64,000 nucleotides of DNA from Gammaproteobacteria bacterium. Lineage in GTDB: Bacteria > Pseudomonadota > Gammaproteobacteria > DASZBR01. The stretch is from the NCBI GenBank assembly GCA_033763845.1, contig JANRJR010000004.1, positions 22,095 through 86,094 of the forward strand, written 5' to 3'. Each line of letters starts with the position of its first letter. Position 1 is the first letter of the stretch. Shown here one piece after another: positions 11,142-20,378 of the stretch. The position numbers were made by a program, and so were the translations under genes. Under the pieces are notes generated by a model, which was given only the letters and a program-made list of their open reading frames with translations, searched no databases and was not told where the DNA came from.

Positions 11142-13226
11142 GTGAGCATTGAAAAAACCTTTTCGTTTGGTGAACACACCGTTACCTTCAAAACAGGCGT
11201 CATCGCACGTCAAGCCACTGCAGCTGTTATGGCGCACATGGGCGATACCGTGGTACTTGCCACGGTAGTAGCAGATAAAAATATGAAAGAAGGCATCGAT
11301 TTTTTACCCTTAACCGTTATGTACCAAGAACGTACATATGCAGCAGGAAAAATTCCCGGGGGCTATTTTAAGCGTGAAGGGCGTCCCACAGAAACGGAAA
11401 CATTAATTTCTCGATTAATTGATAGGCCTGTTCGTCCGTTATTTGCGGAAGGTTTTTACCACGAAGTTCAATTAGTGGTGACAGTATTATCTTTAGATAA
11501 AAAAGTTAATCCTGATATCATTTCTATGCTTGCGGCATCTGCTGCATTATCCATCGCGGGTGTTCCTTTTAATGGTCCTATTGGTGCAGCACGTGTCGGT
11601 TATAAAGATGGCGTCTATTTGTTAAATCCAAGTCAAGAAGAAGTTTTAACCTCGGATTTAGATTTAGTGATTGCCGGTACCGAAAAAGCGGTATTAATGG
11701 TTGAATCAGAAGCGAAAGAATTATCTGAAGAAATTATGTCAGGTGCGCTGCATTTTGGGCATCAACAAATGCAAGGTGCTATCAAAGCAATCAAAGAGTT
11801 TGCAAAAGAAGTCAATCGTGCTCCGATGGTATGGCAAGTTCCTGTAACACATGATCAATTAGAAAAAGCAGTGCATGATCATGCAAAGAAAGAATTAGAT
11901 ACCGCTTATTCGAATATTCCTGCGAAAGCAGAGCGCTTAACTAAAATTAATGAATTACGTAAACAAGTGATTGAGAATTTAACGAAAGATGAAAAATTCT
12001 CTGAACACATGATTCGAACCTCATTTGAAAATTTAGAAGCGAAAATTGTTCGCCAACGTATTTTAGATGGTAAGCCTCGTATTGATGGTCGCGATACTGT
12101 AACGGTTCGTCCGATTACCATTCAAACGGGAATTTTACCTCGCACGCACGGTTCTGCTTTATTTACGCGTGGCGAAACGCAGGCATTAGTTGTGTCGACA
12201 TTAGGTACAGGTCGAGATGCGCAAGTGATCGATGCATTAGGTGGTGAGATCAAAGATCAATTTATGTTGCACTATAATTTTCCTCCGTATTCTGTAGGTG
12301 AAACGGGTCCAATGACAGGTCCTAAGCGTCGTGAAATTGGTCATGGTCGTTTAGCACGTCGTAGTGTTCAAGCCGTGCTTCCTACACAAGAGCAATTTCC
12401 GTATGTACTTCGTGTCGTTTCTGAAATTACTGAATCCAATGGTTCCAGTTCGATGGCTAGCGTTTGCGGCGCAAGTTTGTCATTGATGGATGCAGGTGTG
12501 CCGATCAAAGCTCCGGTTGCGGGTATTGCCATGGGGTTAATTAAAGAAGGCGAGCAATATGCTGTTTTGACGGATATTTTAGGTGATGAAGATCACTTAG
12601 GTGACATGGATTTTAAAGTAGCGGGTACCTCGCAAGGTGTTACTGCACTTCAAATGGATATTAAAATTGATGGCATTACCAAAGAAATTATGGAAAAAGC
12701 TTTAGCGCAAGCTAAAACAGGTCGTATGCATATTTTGGACGTAATGAATACTGCGCTTAGCAAGCCGCGTGAAACTATGTCAGATTATGCGCCGCGAATT
12801 GTTTCCATCAAAATTAATCCGGATAAAATTCGTGAAGTCATTGGTAAAGGTGGTGCAACGATTCGTGCGTTGACCGAAGAAACAGGCACAACGATTGATA
12901 TTACCGATGATGGCACAATTAAAATTGCATCGACTGATAATGAAGCGGCACAAGAAGCCATTAAACGTATTACGCGTTTAACCTCAGATGTAGAACTTGG
13001 TGCCGTTTATGAAGGAACCATTTCTAAAGTTGTTGATTTCGGTGCATTTGTAACCATTTTGCCAGGTAAAGACGGGTTAGTTCATATTTCTCAAATTTGC
13101 AATGAACGTATCGAAAAAGTCTCTGACAAATTACAAGAAGGTCAGAAAGTTAAAGTCAAAGTGCTAGAGATTGACAGGCAAGGTAAAATTCGTTTAAGTA
13201 TGAAAGAAGTTTCCCAGGAGGCATAA
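11142..13226 (+). CDS. pnp: Polyribonucleotide nucleotidyltransferase (PNPase)
   Basis: GTG start. Two RNase PH domains ([22 protein letters not shown]), then KH (GKGGATIR) and S1 (GLVHISQI) domains. Confidence 0.95.
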   Translation: MSIEKTFSFGEHTVTFKTGVIARQATAAVMAHMGDTVVLATVVADKNMKEGIDFLPLTVMYQERTYAAGKIPGGYFKREGRPTETETLISRLIDRPVRPLFAEGFYHEVQLVVTVLSLDKKVNPDIISMLAASAALSIAGVPFNGPIGAARVGYKDGVYLLNPSQEEVLTSDLDLVIAGTEKAVLMVESEAKELSEEIMSGALHFGHQQMQGAIKAIKEFAKEVNRAPMVWQVPVTHDQLEKAVHDHAKKELDTAYSNIPAKAERLTKINELRKQVIENLTKDEKFSEHMIRTSFENLEAKIVRQRILDGKPRIDGRDTVTVRPITIQTGILPRTHGSALFTRGETQALVVSTLGTGRDAQVIDALGGEIKDQFMLHYNFPPYSVGETGPMTGPKRREIGHGRLARRSVQAVLPTQEQFPYVLRVVSEITESNGSSSMASVCGASLSLMDAGVPIKAPVAGIAMGLIKEGEQYAVLTDILGDEDHLGDMDFKVAGTSQGVTALQMDIKIDGITKEIMEKALAQAKTGRMHILDVMNTALSKPRETMSDYAPRIVSIKINPDKIREVIGKGGATIRALTEETGTTIDITDDGTIKIASTDNEAAQEAIKRITRLTSDVELGAVYEGTISKVVDFGAFVTILPGKDGLVHISQICNERIEKVSDKLQEGQKVKVKVLEIDRQGKIRLSMKEVSQEA

Positions 13227-13244
13227 CAACATACGGAGGAAAAA

Positions 13245-14531
13245 ATGGACACGATGAGCGTAAACAAAGTTCGGGTTCCTAAGTATCTTCCGTGGTTAGT
13301 CGTTCTTTCTGCTGGTATGTTTTTCTTTTATGAATTTATCCAGATGCAGATGTTCAATGCGATAAGTCAATCACTATTAAATGATTTTCATATCGGAGCT
13401 ACAACGTTAGGCTATATTGCTTCCAGCTTTTTTCTCGGTAATGTTTTATTGTTATTTCCCGCCGGAATGTTGTTAGATCGTTTTTCCACTCGAAAAATTA
13501 TTTTAACGGCGATGTGGATTACTGTTATCAGTACCATAATTTTTGCTAAATCCCACTCACTTTTAATGATTGGTCTTTGTCATTTAGCGGCAGGGATGGG
13601 AAATGCGTTTTGTTTTTTAAGCTGTATTCGTATTGCATCCCGTTGGTTCCCTGCGGAAAGAATGGCATTAGTATTGGGTATAGTCATTGCATTGGCGATG
13701 TTAGGTGGAATGGTTGCACAAACACCACTGACATGGTTGATTGCAAAAATTGCGTGGCGTGATGCATTATTGGTTGTCGCTGCGCTTGGTTTTTTGGTGA
13801 TTATATTAGTCTGGAGTGTAGTGCGGGATATTCCGCCCGGGCAAGAAGAATTTTACCGTAATCAGCGTCAGCAACTTCGTACGTTAGGCGTTAAGAAAAG
13901 TATTATTTTAGCGTTATCCAATATTCAAAATTGGTTAGCCGGATTTTATATCAGTTTTGTGAATGTTCCCTTAATGTTACTGGGTGGTTTATGGGGAAGT
14001 TTGTATTTAACAACGGTTAATCAATTAACGTCACTTCAAGCATCCTATGTCATTTCAGTCTTATTTTTAGGGACGATGGTAGGTTGTCCCGTCGTTGGTG
14101 CATTTTCCGATAAAATTAAACGTCGTCGTTTACCCATGATTTTATTCGGATTGTTTTTGTTGCCGATCATGTTAGCGATTATTTACTGCCCATCATTATC
14201 GTTTTGGTCACTGATGGGATTATATTTTTTATTTGGCTTTGTCATGGGTGCACAAACGGTTGGTTATCCTGCTATTTCAGAAAGTAATGATCCTAGTATT
14301 ACAGGAACGGCAATGGGATTTTCAGCGATTTTAATCATGGCTGCGCCTATGATTTTTGAACCGTTATACGGAAAATTAATGGATAAGCATTGGGACGGAA
14401 CGGTTTTGAATGGCGTGCATGTTTATAATGCACAGGCCTATCATAGTTCAATGTTAATGCTATTCGGAATTTTAGTTGCAGCGTTGATTTCATCGCTGTG
14501 TGTCAGAGAAACATTTGCTCGCGGGAAATAA
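13245..14531 (+). CDS. MFS transporter (paralogue 1 of a tandem pair)
   Basis: 428 aa, about 12 hydrophobic segments. Has an MFS loop motif (LLDRFSTRKIIL). It shares FFFYEFIQM, CFLSCIR(I/L)ASRWFP and other blocks with the next gene. Confidence 0.8.
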   Translation: MDTMSVNKVRVPKYLPWLVVLSAGMFFFYEFIQMQMFNAISQSLLNDFHIGATTLGYIASSFFLGNVLLLFPAGMLLDRFSTRKIILTAMWITVISTIIFAKSHSLLMIGLCHLAAGMGNAFCFLSCIRIASRWFPAERMALVLGIVIALAMLGGMVAQTPLTWLIAKIAWRDALLVVAALGFLVIILVWSVVRDIPPGQEEFYRNQRQQLRTLGVKKSIILALSNIQNWLAGFYISFVNVPLMLLGGLWGSLYLTTVNQLTSLQASYVISVLFLGTMVGCPVVGAFSDKIKRRRLPMILFGLFLLPIMLAIIYCPSLSFWSLMGLYFLFGFVMGAQTVGYPAISESNDPSITGTAMGFSAILIMAAPMIFEPLYGKLMDKHWDGTVLNGVHVYNAQAYHSSMLMLFGILVAALISSLCVRETFARGK

Positions 14532-14533
14532 AT

Positions 14534-15802
14534 ATGAAAACAAGTCTGAAGCCGTGGATAGTTGTTTTTTCAGCAGCATTATTTTTCTTTTATGAATTCA
14601 TCCAAATGAACATGATTAGTTCATTGGCTCCGTATTTGATGCATGATTTTTCAATTGATGCGACAAAGTTAGGTAATCTGACGGCCACTTATTTTTACTC
14701 GACCATTTTGTTTTTGTTGCCTGCGGGACAAATTTTAGACAGGGTTTCTACACGTAAAGTTATTCTAGTAGCGTTATTAATTTGTGTATTAGGGACCTAT
14801 TGTTTTGCGATTACGACGGTTTTTTATTTAGCAAAATTAAGTCGATTACTGACGGGAATTGGAAGTGCATTTTGTTTTTTAAGCTGTATTCGATTGGCTT
14901 CGCGTTGGTTTCCAAATGAAAAGCTAGCATTGGTGTCAGGTCTTGTTGTGATGATGGCGATGTTGGGTGGTACATTAGCGCAGACGCCTTTAACAATATT
15001 AATTGATTATTTAGGTGGTAATTGGCGTCAGGCGATTACGATTGATGCAGCAATTGGATTAGTATTTTGGGTTATCATATTTTTTACTGTGAGGGATTAT
15101 CCTGAAGGTAGTGAAAAGACGTGTGATACAGATCAGAAATTATTAGAAGATTATGGCTATTGGCGCGCGATGCAGACGTCGTATTTAAAATGGAAAAATT
15201 GGTTATGTGGATGCTACACCTCCTTCATGAATTTACCGATTTATTTAATTGGGGGCGGTGGTTTTGGGAGTTTGTACTTAGAACAAGTTAAGCATTTATC
15301 AAACTTACAAGCTTCATTTCCTCCGATGATGATCTTTTTTGGAACGGTCATTGGTTCGCCATTAGCAGGTTGGATATCAGATGTAATGCGGCTTCGAAGA
15401 TTGCCCATGCAAATTGGCGCTATTATTTCAATCATGATCATGTTTATTTTAATTAATACTTCTGCGTCTTTATTTATGTATGCCGTTTTATTTTTCTTGT
15501 TGGGGTTGACGAGCAGCACACAAATTATCAGTTATCCAACAGTGGCAGAGAGTAATCCAAGAATTATTACAGCGACATCAGTGAGTGTTGTGTCATTTAC
15601 GACATTAGCAGGTGGAGCGGTATTTCCTTCGGTATTTGGTTACATCATGGATAAAATTGGTGATTTTAGTATTGTGAATAATATTCATGTGTACACACCA
15701 AGGGATTATCATGTTGCAATGTTAATTATGCCTGTGATGATGATAATAGCTCTGGGCGTGACGTTTTTTATTCGTGAAACGCATTGTAAATCGATAGGTT
15801 AA
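14534..15802 (+). CDS. MFS transporter (paralogue 2 of a tandem pair)
   Basis: ATG at 14534 (MKTSLKPW) lies 2 nt after the stop of the previous gene. It has the same conserved blocks as paralogue 1. Confidence 0.8.
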   Translation: MKTSLKPWIVVFSAALFFFYEFIQMNMISSLAPYLMHDFSIDATKLGNLTATYFYSTILFLLPAGQILDRVSTRKVILVALLICVLGTYCFAITTVFYLAKLSRLLTGIGSAFCFLSCIRLASRWFPNEKLALVSGLVVMMAMLGGTLAQTPLTILIDYLGGNWRQAITIDAAIGLVFWVIIFFTVRDYPEGSEKTCDTDQKLLEDYGYWRAMQTSYLKWKNWLCGCYTSFMNLPIYLIGGGGFGSLYLEQVKHLSNLQASFPPMMIFFGTVIGSPLAGWISDVMRLRRLPMQIGAIISIMIMFILINTSASLFMYAVLFFLLGLTSSTQIISYPTVAESNPRIITATSVSVVSFTTLAGGAVFPSVFGYIMDKIGDFSIVNNIHVYTPRDYHVAMLIMPVMMIIALGVTFFIRETHCKSIG

Positions 15803-15805
15803 ATT

Positions 15806-17200
15806 TTATCTTGTGCTCGATCGTGGTCGTTTACTTGCCGTTTCAGTTTCTTCTGCGGATTCAGACTCCACATTATCAGCAGGACGTTTTAACGGATTAG
15901 AATTCAATTTCATTCCGTTGAATGTTATTTTATTTAAAAAAGCGTCAGGATAATGCCCTTGTTCAGCGTTTCTTTCAATTTCTGCAACGAGTCGTTTTCT
16001 TATATCAGCTTCGAGCCGTAAAAAATTTTCTTTTTGTGTTTCGGATGCGCCTTTTGCTTGTTGGAAATTTAAGTTTATTTTTTCGCTAGGAAAATTGGCT
16101 TCGCCTCCTTCACGAAAAACAATAGAATAAGTCCGCATCATAACAATAAAAATATCTTCAATCGTAGCTGTTGGATTTGGTGTTTCTGCTGTATTAATGG
16201 GGTCTGTCTTCATTTCACCTTTTGGTCCAATAAGAATTTCGCGTTGGTCGTTTTTGTTTACGAGAAAGTGTCTATCTTCAGATAATACATAAACTCTGTC
16301 AGCGATTGCTTTATTAATGGCGGCGGCAATACGTGGTATTTTGATAAACTCTGTGACGTTGGTGTTAGGTTTTGGGTTGACGGGTGTAGCGGAGGTGGTA
16401 ACGGTGTCTTCAGATTTTTTAGGCACAGGAGGATGTGTGATCATCAAACCTTCTGTTTTATATCCACGTTGCTCGAGATTTACTTTATCAAAAAAATCAG
16501 GTTTTATTGTTCCATCAGGATTAAGCATATTTCCTATAAGTGTAAATACTCTTTCTGAATTTAATGCATCTTTTAGTGTTTGCTGAAAAGGTAGAATTTT
16601 TCGTGGAAATATTTTTTTTGATGTAATTTGATTTGATACTTTAGTAGGATGAAGTGCTGAGAGCTTCTCTTTATCGTAAAATCTTGGTTGTAAACCTCCC
16701 GGAAGATGAGTGAAGGTATGAAGTTTGCGATCTTCTGATTTAGCAGAAGCATTGGTTAATACACTTATTATCCAATAAGGTTCATCCTTGTCAGTGGAGT
16801 AATGAATACTGACGCCTGATAGCTTATTGTTATCGTCTATATATCCGAAGGATATGTCTTTCTTGTTCCTAAAGAAAACTTCCGGGTTAGCGTCATCATC
16901 TTGTAAGCGAAGTTCGTAGATGAATTTTGCGACGAATGAGCCAAAGGTGTCGCCTTGCATATAGGTTTCGATGTCTTCAATCTTTGTAGCATTCCATCGC
17001 TCCTGTAAAATTTTCAATTCATTTTCATCTTCAACAAAAAAAGGCGTTCCAAGGTTTACATCTCTAGCTATTAGGTCACTAAGCCATTTTTGGCTATGCC
17101 CTGGTTTATAAAAATCTGAAATGGGAAAAGTCTCACTCGTAAAAGCGTCACATGTTTGTTTATAATTTCCGCTAAGGTAATAAATGCCATCATCAAACAT
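15806..17200 (-). CDS. Hypothetical protein, 464 aa; acidic C-terminus flanked by KRP basic patches
   Basis: Long ORF. ATG at 17200 lies 2 nt after the PhoH2 stop. I recognise no domain. There is no signal peptide or TM segment. The C-terminus reads NPLKRPADNVESESAEETETASKRPRSSTR. Confidence 0.6.
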   Translation of the reverse strand: MFDDGIYYLSGNYKQTCDAFTSETFPISDFYKPGHSQKWLSDLIARDVNLGTPFFVEDENELKILQERWNATKIEDIETYMQGDTFGSFVAKFIYELRLQDDDANPEVFFRNKKDISFGYIDDNNKLSGVSIHYSTDKDEPYWIISVLTNASAKSEDRKLHTFTHLPGGLQPRFYDKEKLSALHPTKVSNQITSKKIFPRKILPFQQTLKDALNSERVFTLIGNMLNPDGTIKPDFFDKVNLEQRGYKTEGLMITHPPVPKKSEDTVTTSATPVNPKPNTNVTEFIKIPRIAAAINKAIADRVYVLSEDRHFLVNKNDQREILIGPKGEMKTDPINTAETPNPTATIEDIFIVMMRTYSIVFREGGEANFPSEKINLNFQQAKGASETQKENFLRLEADIRKRLVAEIERNAEQGHYPDAFLNKITFNGMKLNSNPLKRPADNVESESAEETETASKRPRSSTR

Positions 17201-17202
17201 AA

Positions 17203-18594
17203 TTACATATTCTCCGAAGCAAAATCTGCAAGGCGTGAACGTTCGCCTCGCGATAACGTAATGTGCGCACTGTGCGCCCAATGTTTAAATCGATCAATTG
17301 CGTAAGTTAATCCTGAAGTTCTTTCTGTTAAATACGGCGTATCGATTTGATGTAAATCACCTAAACAAACTATTTTGGTACCCGGACCCGCGCGTGTTAA
17401 TAATGTCTTCATTTGTTTTGAGGTTAAATTCTGTGCTTCATCAATAATTAAATATTTATTTAAAAATGTTCGCCCACGCATATAATTCAACGCGCGAATT
17501 TTAATCCGATTACGTAATAAATCTTGCGTTGCAGCACGTTCCCATGAATCACCATGTTGATTGCTGTGCAACACTTCTAAATTGTCCATTAACGCACCCA
17601 TCCACGGCGTCATTTTTTCTTCTTCTGTTCCGGGTAAAAATCCAATGTCTTCACCTAACGGAACAGTCACGCGTGTCATTAAAATTTCACGGTAACGTGT
17701 ATGATCCAGAGTTTGCGCCAAACCAGCTGCTAATGTTAGTAGCGTTTTTCCCGTTCCCGCCGGGCCTTGTAAAGTTACAAAATCAATATTCGGATCCATT
17801 AACACGTTCAGTGCAAAATTTTGTTCGCGATTGCGTGCGTTAATCCCCCAGATGGTATGCTTAGGCGCTTGATAATCATGTGCATGTTGAAATGTCACAT
17901 AATTATTTTTTATTTCTCGCACAATCGCCATAAAGGTCTGTGAAGGATCTTGTAAATATAAACAATCATTCGGGAACCATGAAGAAACTTCAGGGCCCTT
18001 AATTTTATAAAACGTTTTGCCTTCTTCTTTCCATGATTCTAGATCTTTACTGTGCTTATCCCAAAAATCTTTAGGTAAAATATGAATGCCTGTGTGTAAC
18101 TGCGATAAGTCCTCTAAGACTTGATCGTTATAATAATCTTCTGCATTGACACCCAAGATCCCCGCTTTGACACGCAAATTAATATCTTTCGAAACCAGTG
18201 TAACCTTGGTGTTGGGTTTTTCTTTTTGTAAGGAGAGCGTAATGCCTAAAATGGAATTATCCGCTTTGCCGCCCGGTAATAATTCAGGCAATTTTGCGTT
18301 TATGTCGCTTGTTTGGAAGAATAATCGTCCCTCACTGGGAAGAACGATACCTTGTTCAATTTCTTTATGCGTTTTGCCGGTTAATAATTCGTCTAAGAAA
18401 CGGTTTGTTAGGCGAACGTTAACCGCGGTTTCACTTAAGCCCTTTTTATTGGCATCGAGTTCTTCAAGAACTACCATGGGTAAATAGATATCATGCTCTT
18501 GAAATCGAAGTAAACAAGAGGGGTCGTGCATCATGACATTCGTGTCCAAAACAAACAGTCGTTTGTCCGCCATCGTGGCTTTGCCTTTCGCCAT
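17203..18594 (-). CDS. PhoH2-type protein (N-terminal PIN domain fused to PhoH-like P-loop ATPase)
   Basis: PIN-like FVLDTNVMMHDP...LEELD at the N-terminus. The C-terminal half has Walker A GPAGTGKT, Walker B LIIDEAQN and the GDLHQID block of PhoH. Confidence 0.85.
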   Translation of the reverse strand: MAKGKATMADKRLFVLDTNVMMHDPSCLLRFQEHDIYLPMVVLEELDANKKGLSETAVNVRLTNRFLDELLTGKTHKEIEQGIVLPSEGRLFFQTSDINAKLPELLPGGKADNSILGITLSLQKEKPNTKVTLVSKDINLRVKAGILGVNAEDYYNDQVLEDLSQLHTGIHILPKDFWDKHSKDLESWKEEGKTFYKIKGPEVSSWFPNDCLYLQDPSQTFMAIVREIKNNYVTFQHAHDYQAPKHTIWGINARNREQNFALNVLMDPNIDFVTLQGPAGTGKTLLTLAAGLAQTLDHTRYREILMTRVTVPLGEDIGFLPGTEEEKMTPWMGALMDNLEVLHSNQHGDSWERAATQDLLRNRIKIRALNYMRGRTFLNKYLIIDEAQNLTSKQMKTLLTRAGPGTKIVCLGDLHQIDTPYLTERTSGLTYAIDRFKHWAHSAHITLSRGERSRLADFASENM

Positions 18595-18597
18595 AAG

Positions 18598-19134
18598 TTA
18601 AGTTTTCTCCGGTTCCATAATTGAGTCAAAGTTCATTTCATCACAGAACAACATAAAATGTTCGCGCCAGTCTGAAATAGAGAGATTCACTGAAAATTGA
18701 ATTTTAATCGTAATGGAGAGCATTGGCGTTTCCGTGTAACGAGCCTTATAGCTGTCAATGAAAATCTCACGAATGAAAATGTCGGGCTGATTTAGATAAC
18801 GGATAATTTGATGGAAATTTTCAGGGTTATCTTCTGCGATGATATAAAGGTTGTAGGGGAAAAAATTTTTCTTCGGCGGCGTAAGGCTGGTTCGCTCCAT
18901 CAAAAGTTTCATGTTGGATTTCTTCGAGAGCGTGCTGAGTTTGGGTTCTAACTTGGCAATGACAGCCCAGGTTCCGCCAATCAAAAAATGTAGATTGTAG
19001 CGATTGCCATGTTGATAAAGGCGCCAATCTAAAATGTCGCATTGGTGATGGGCAATGAGGTGTGCTATTTCGCGAAGAGTCTCGGTCTCATTCGGAAAAA
19101 TGGCGGCTATGCTTAAATATTGTTTGTCTTGCAT
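18598..19134 (-). CDS. GcvR-like ACT-domain regulatory protein
   Basis: YLSIAAIFPNETETLREIAHLIAHHQCDILDWRL...FLIGGTW aligns by eye with the E. coli GcvR N-terminal ACT domain. It is divergent from dapA, as in E. coli. ATG at 19134 is preferred over the track start at 19158. Confidence 0.6.
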   Translation of the reverse strand: MQDKQYLSIAAIFPNETETLREIAHLIAHHQCDILDWRLYQHGNRYNLHFLIGGTWAVIAKLEPKLSTLSKKSNMKLLMERTSLTPPKKNFFPYNLYIIAEDNPENFHQIIRYLNQPDIFIREIFIDSYKARYTETPMLSITIKIQFSVNLSISDWREHFMLFCDEMNFDSIMEPEKT

Positions 19135-19205
19135 TATGACGATTTCCTTGCTTGTCACGGGGTTGCCAGAGCAGTACTATGCAGGAAAGTTGAGGAGGGC
19201 ACAAG

Positions 19206-20084
19206 ATGTTTAAAGGCGTAATTACGGCTCTGGTTACCCCTATGGACGTGAAGGGACAGATAGACTTCAAAAGCCTGGAGAAGTTGGTAGAACGCCAGAT
19301 TGAGGCGGGTGTTCAGGGCCTTGTGGTCAATGGTACTACTGGCGAATCCCCGACCTTAACCCATGATGAATTTGAGCGGCTTGTGAGTGTGGTTGTGAAA
19401 AAAACGGCCAAGAGAGTGCCGGTAATTGCAGGCACAGGTAGCAACTCAACCCAGAAAACCATTGAAAGTACCCGAAAGGCTATGGAGCTAGGGGCTGATG
19501 CCTGTTTGATCATTGCACCTTATTATAATAAACCGACGCAAGCGGGAATTTACGCTCACTATAAAGCCATTAGCGATAGCGTGCCGTTACCGATTATTCT
19601 TTATAATCACCCGGGCAGAACAGGAACCAATATCAGTCCTTCAACTATTGAGCGTCTGTCTGAGATTTCCAATATCGTTGCCCTAAAAGAATCCAATATG
19701 TCGTTGGCGCAAATCGAAGATGTATTGAATCGCGTTGGTGATAAAATGGATTTGTTTACGGGTAATGATGAAGATGCATTGGCAGCGATGTTGTTAGGAT
19801 TTAAAGGAGTGATATCCGTTGTTTCAAATGTTGCACCAAAAACCCTATTAGCGATGAGTCAAGCTGCGCTATCGGGAAATCGAAAAGAAGCGCGTGCCAT
19901 CAATAAAAAATTGTTGTCCTTATATAATCATATTTTTGTAGAAAGTAATCCGATTCCGTGTAAGTGGTTATTGCATGATATGGGATTAATTCCTGAGGGA
20001 ATTCGTTTGCCATTAAGTCCGTTGTCACAACAATATCATCAAGATTTACGAACGGCATTTAAAGCCGTAGGAGAGGAAGTTTAA
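19206..20084 (+). CDS. dapA: 4-hydroxy-tetrahydrodipicolinate synthase
   Basis: ALVTPM, NGTTGESPTL and the IVALKES active-site Lys region are present. 292 aa. Confidence 0.95.
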   Translation: MFKGVITALVTPMDVKGQIDFKSLEKLVERQIEAGVQGLVVNGTTGESPTLTHDEFERLVSVVVKKTAKRVPVIAGTGSNSTQKTIESTRKAMELGADACLIIAPYYNKPTQAGIYAHYKAISDSVPLPIILYNHPGRTGTNISPSTIERLSEISNIVALKESNMSLAQIEDVLNRVGDKMDLFTGNDEDALAAMLLGFKGVISVVSNVAPKTLLAMSQAALSGNRKEARAINKKLLSLYNHIFVESNPIPCKWLLHDMGLIPEGIRLPLSPLSQQYHQDLRTAFKAVGEEV

Positions 20085-20249
20085 ATGAAAAATTTAGTGA
20101 TGTTTATATTAGTCTTGGGTTTGACAGCTTGTTCTACCGTAGGCGTCCGTGCACACGAAAATGATTATGTTTATACGACAAAACCACCGTTTACGCCGGT
20201 ATCTAAAATTCCACCTGGAAGTCTTCTCTCGCAGCAGCTTTCCCACTAG
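20085..20249 (+). CDS. Small lipoprotein (54 aa) in the bamC/nlpB position
   Basis: ATG immediately follows the dapA stop. MKNLVMFILVLGLTAC has a lipobox (LTAC), followed by a Pro-rich tail TKPPFTPVSKIPPG. It is below the ORF-track size cut-off. I translated it by hand to TAG at 20247-20249. Confidence 0.45.
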   Translation: MKNLVMFILVLGLTACSTVGVRAHENDYVYTTKPPFTPVSKIPPGSLLSQQLSH

Positions 20250-20279
20250 AATTGCGCACACATGTATGATCAAATACCT

Positions 20280-20371
20280 GGAGAGGTACCGAAGCGGTCA
20301 TAACGGCACCGACTCGAAATCGGTCGGGGGCTTAACGTCCCACGAGGGTTCGAATCCCTCCCTCTCCGCCA
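20280..20371 (+). tRNA. tRNA-Ser (anticodon CGA)
   Basis: The acceptor stem GGAGAGG/CCTCTCC is perfect. Anticodon arm is ACCGA-CTCGAAA-TCGGT, with a long variable arm, a GGTTCGAATCC T-loop and an encoded CCA. Confidence 0.9.
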
Positions 20372-20378
20372 CTTTCTC

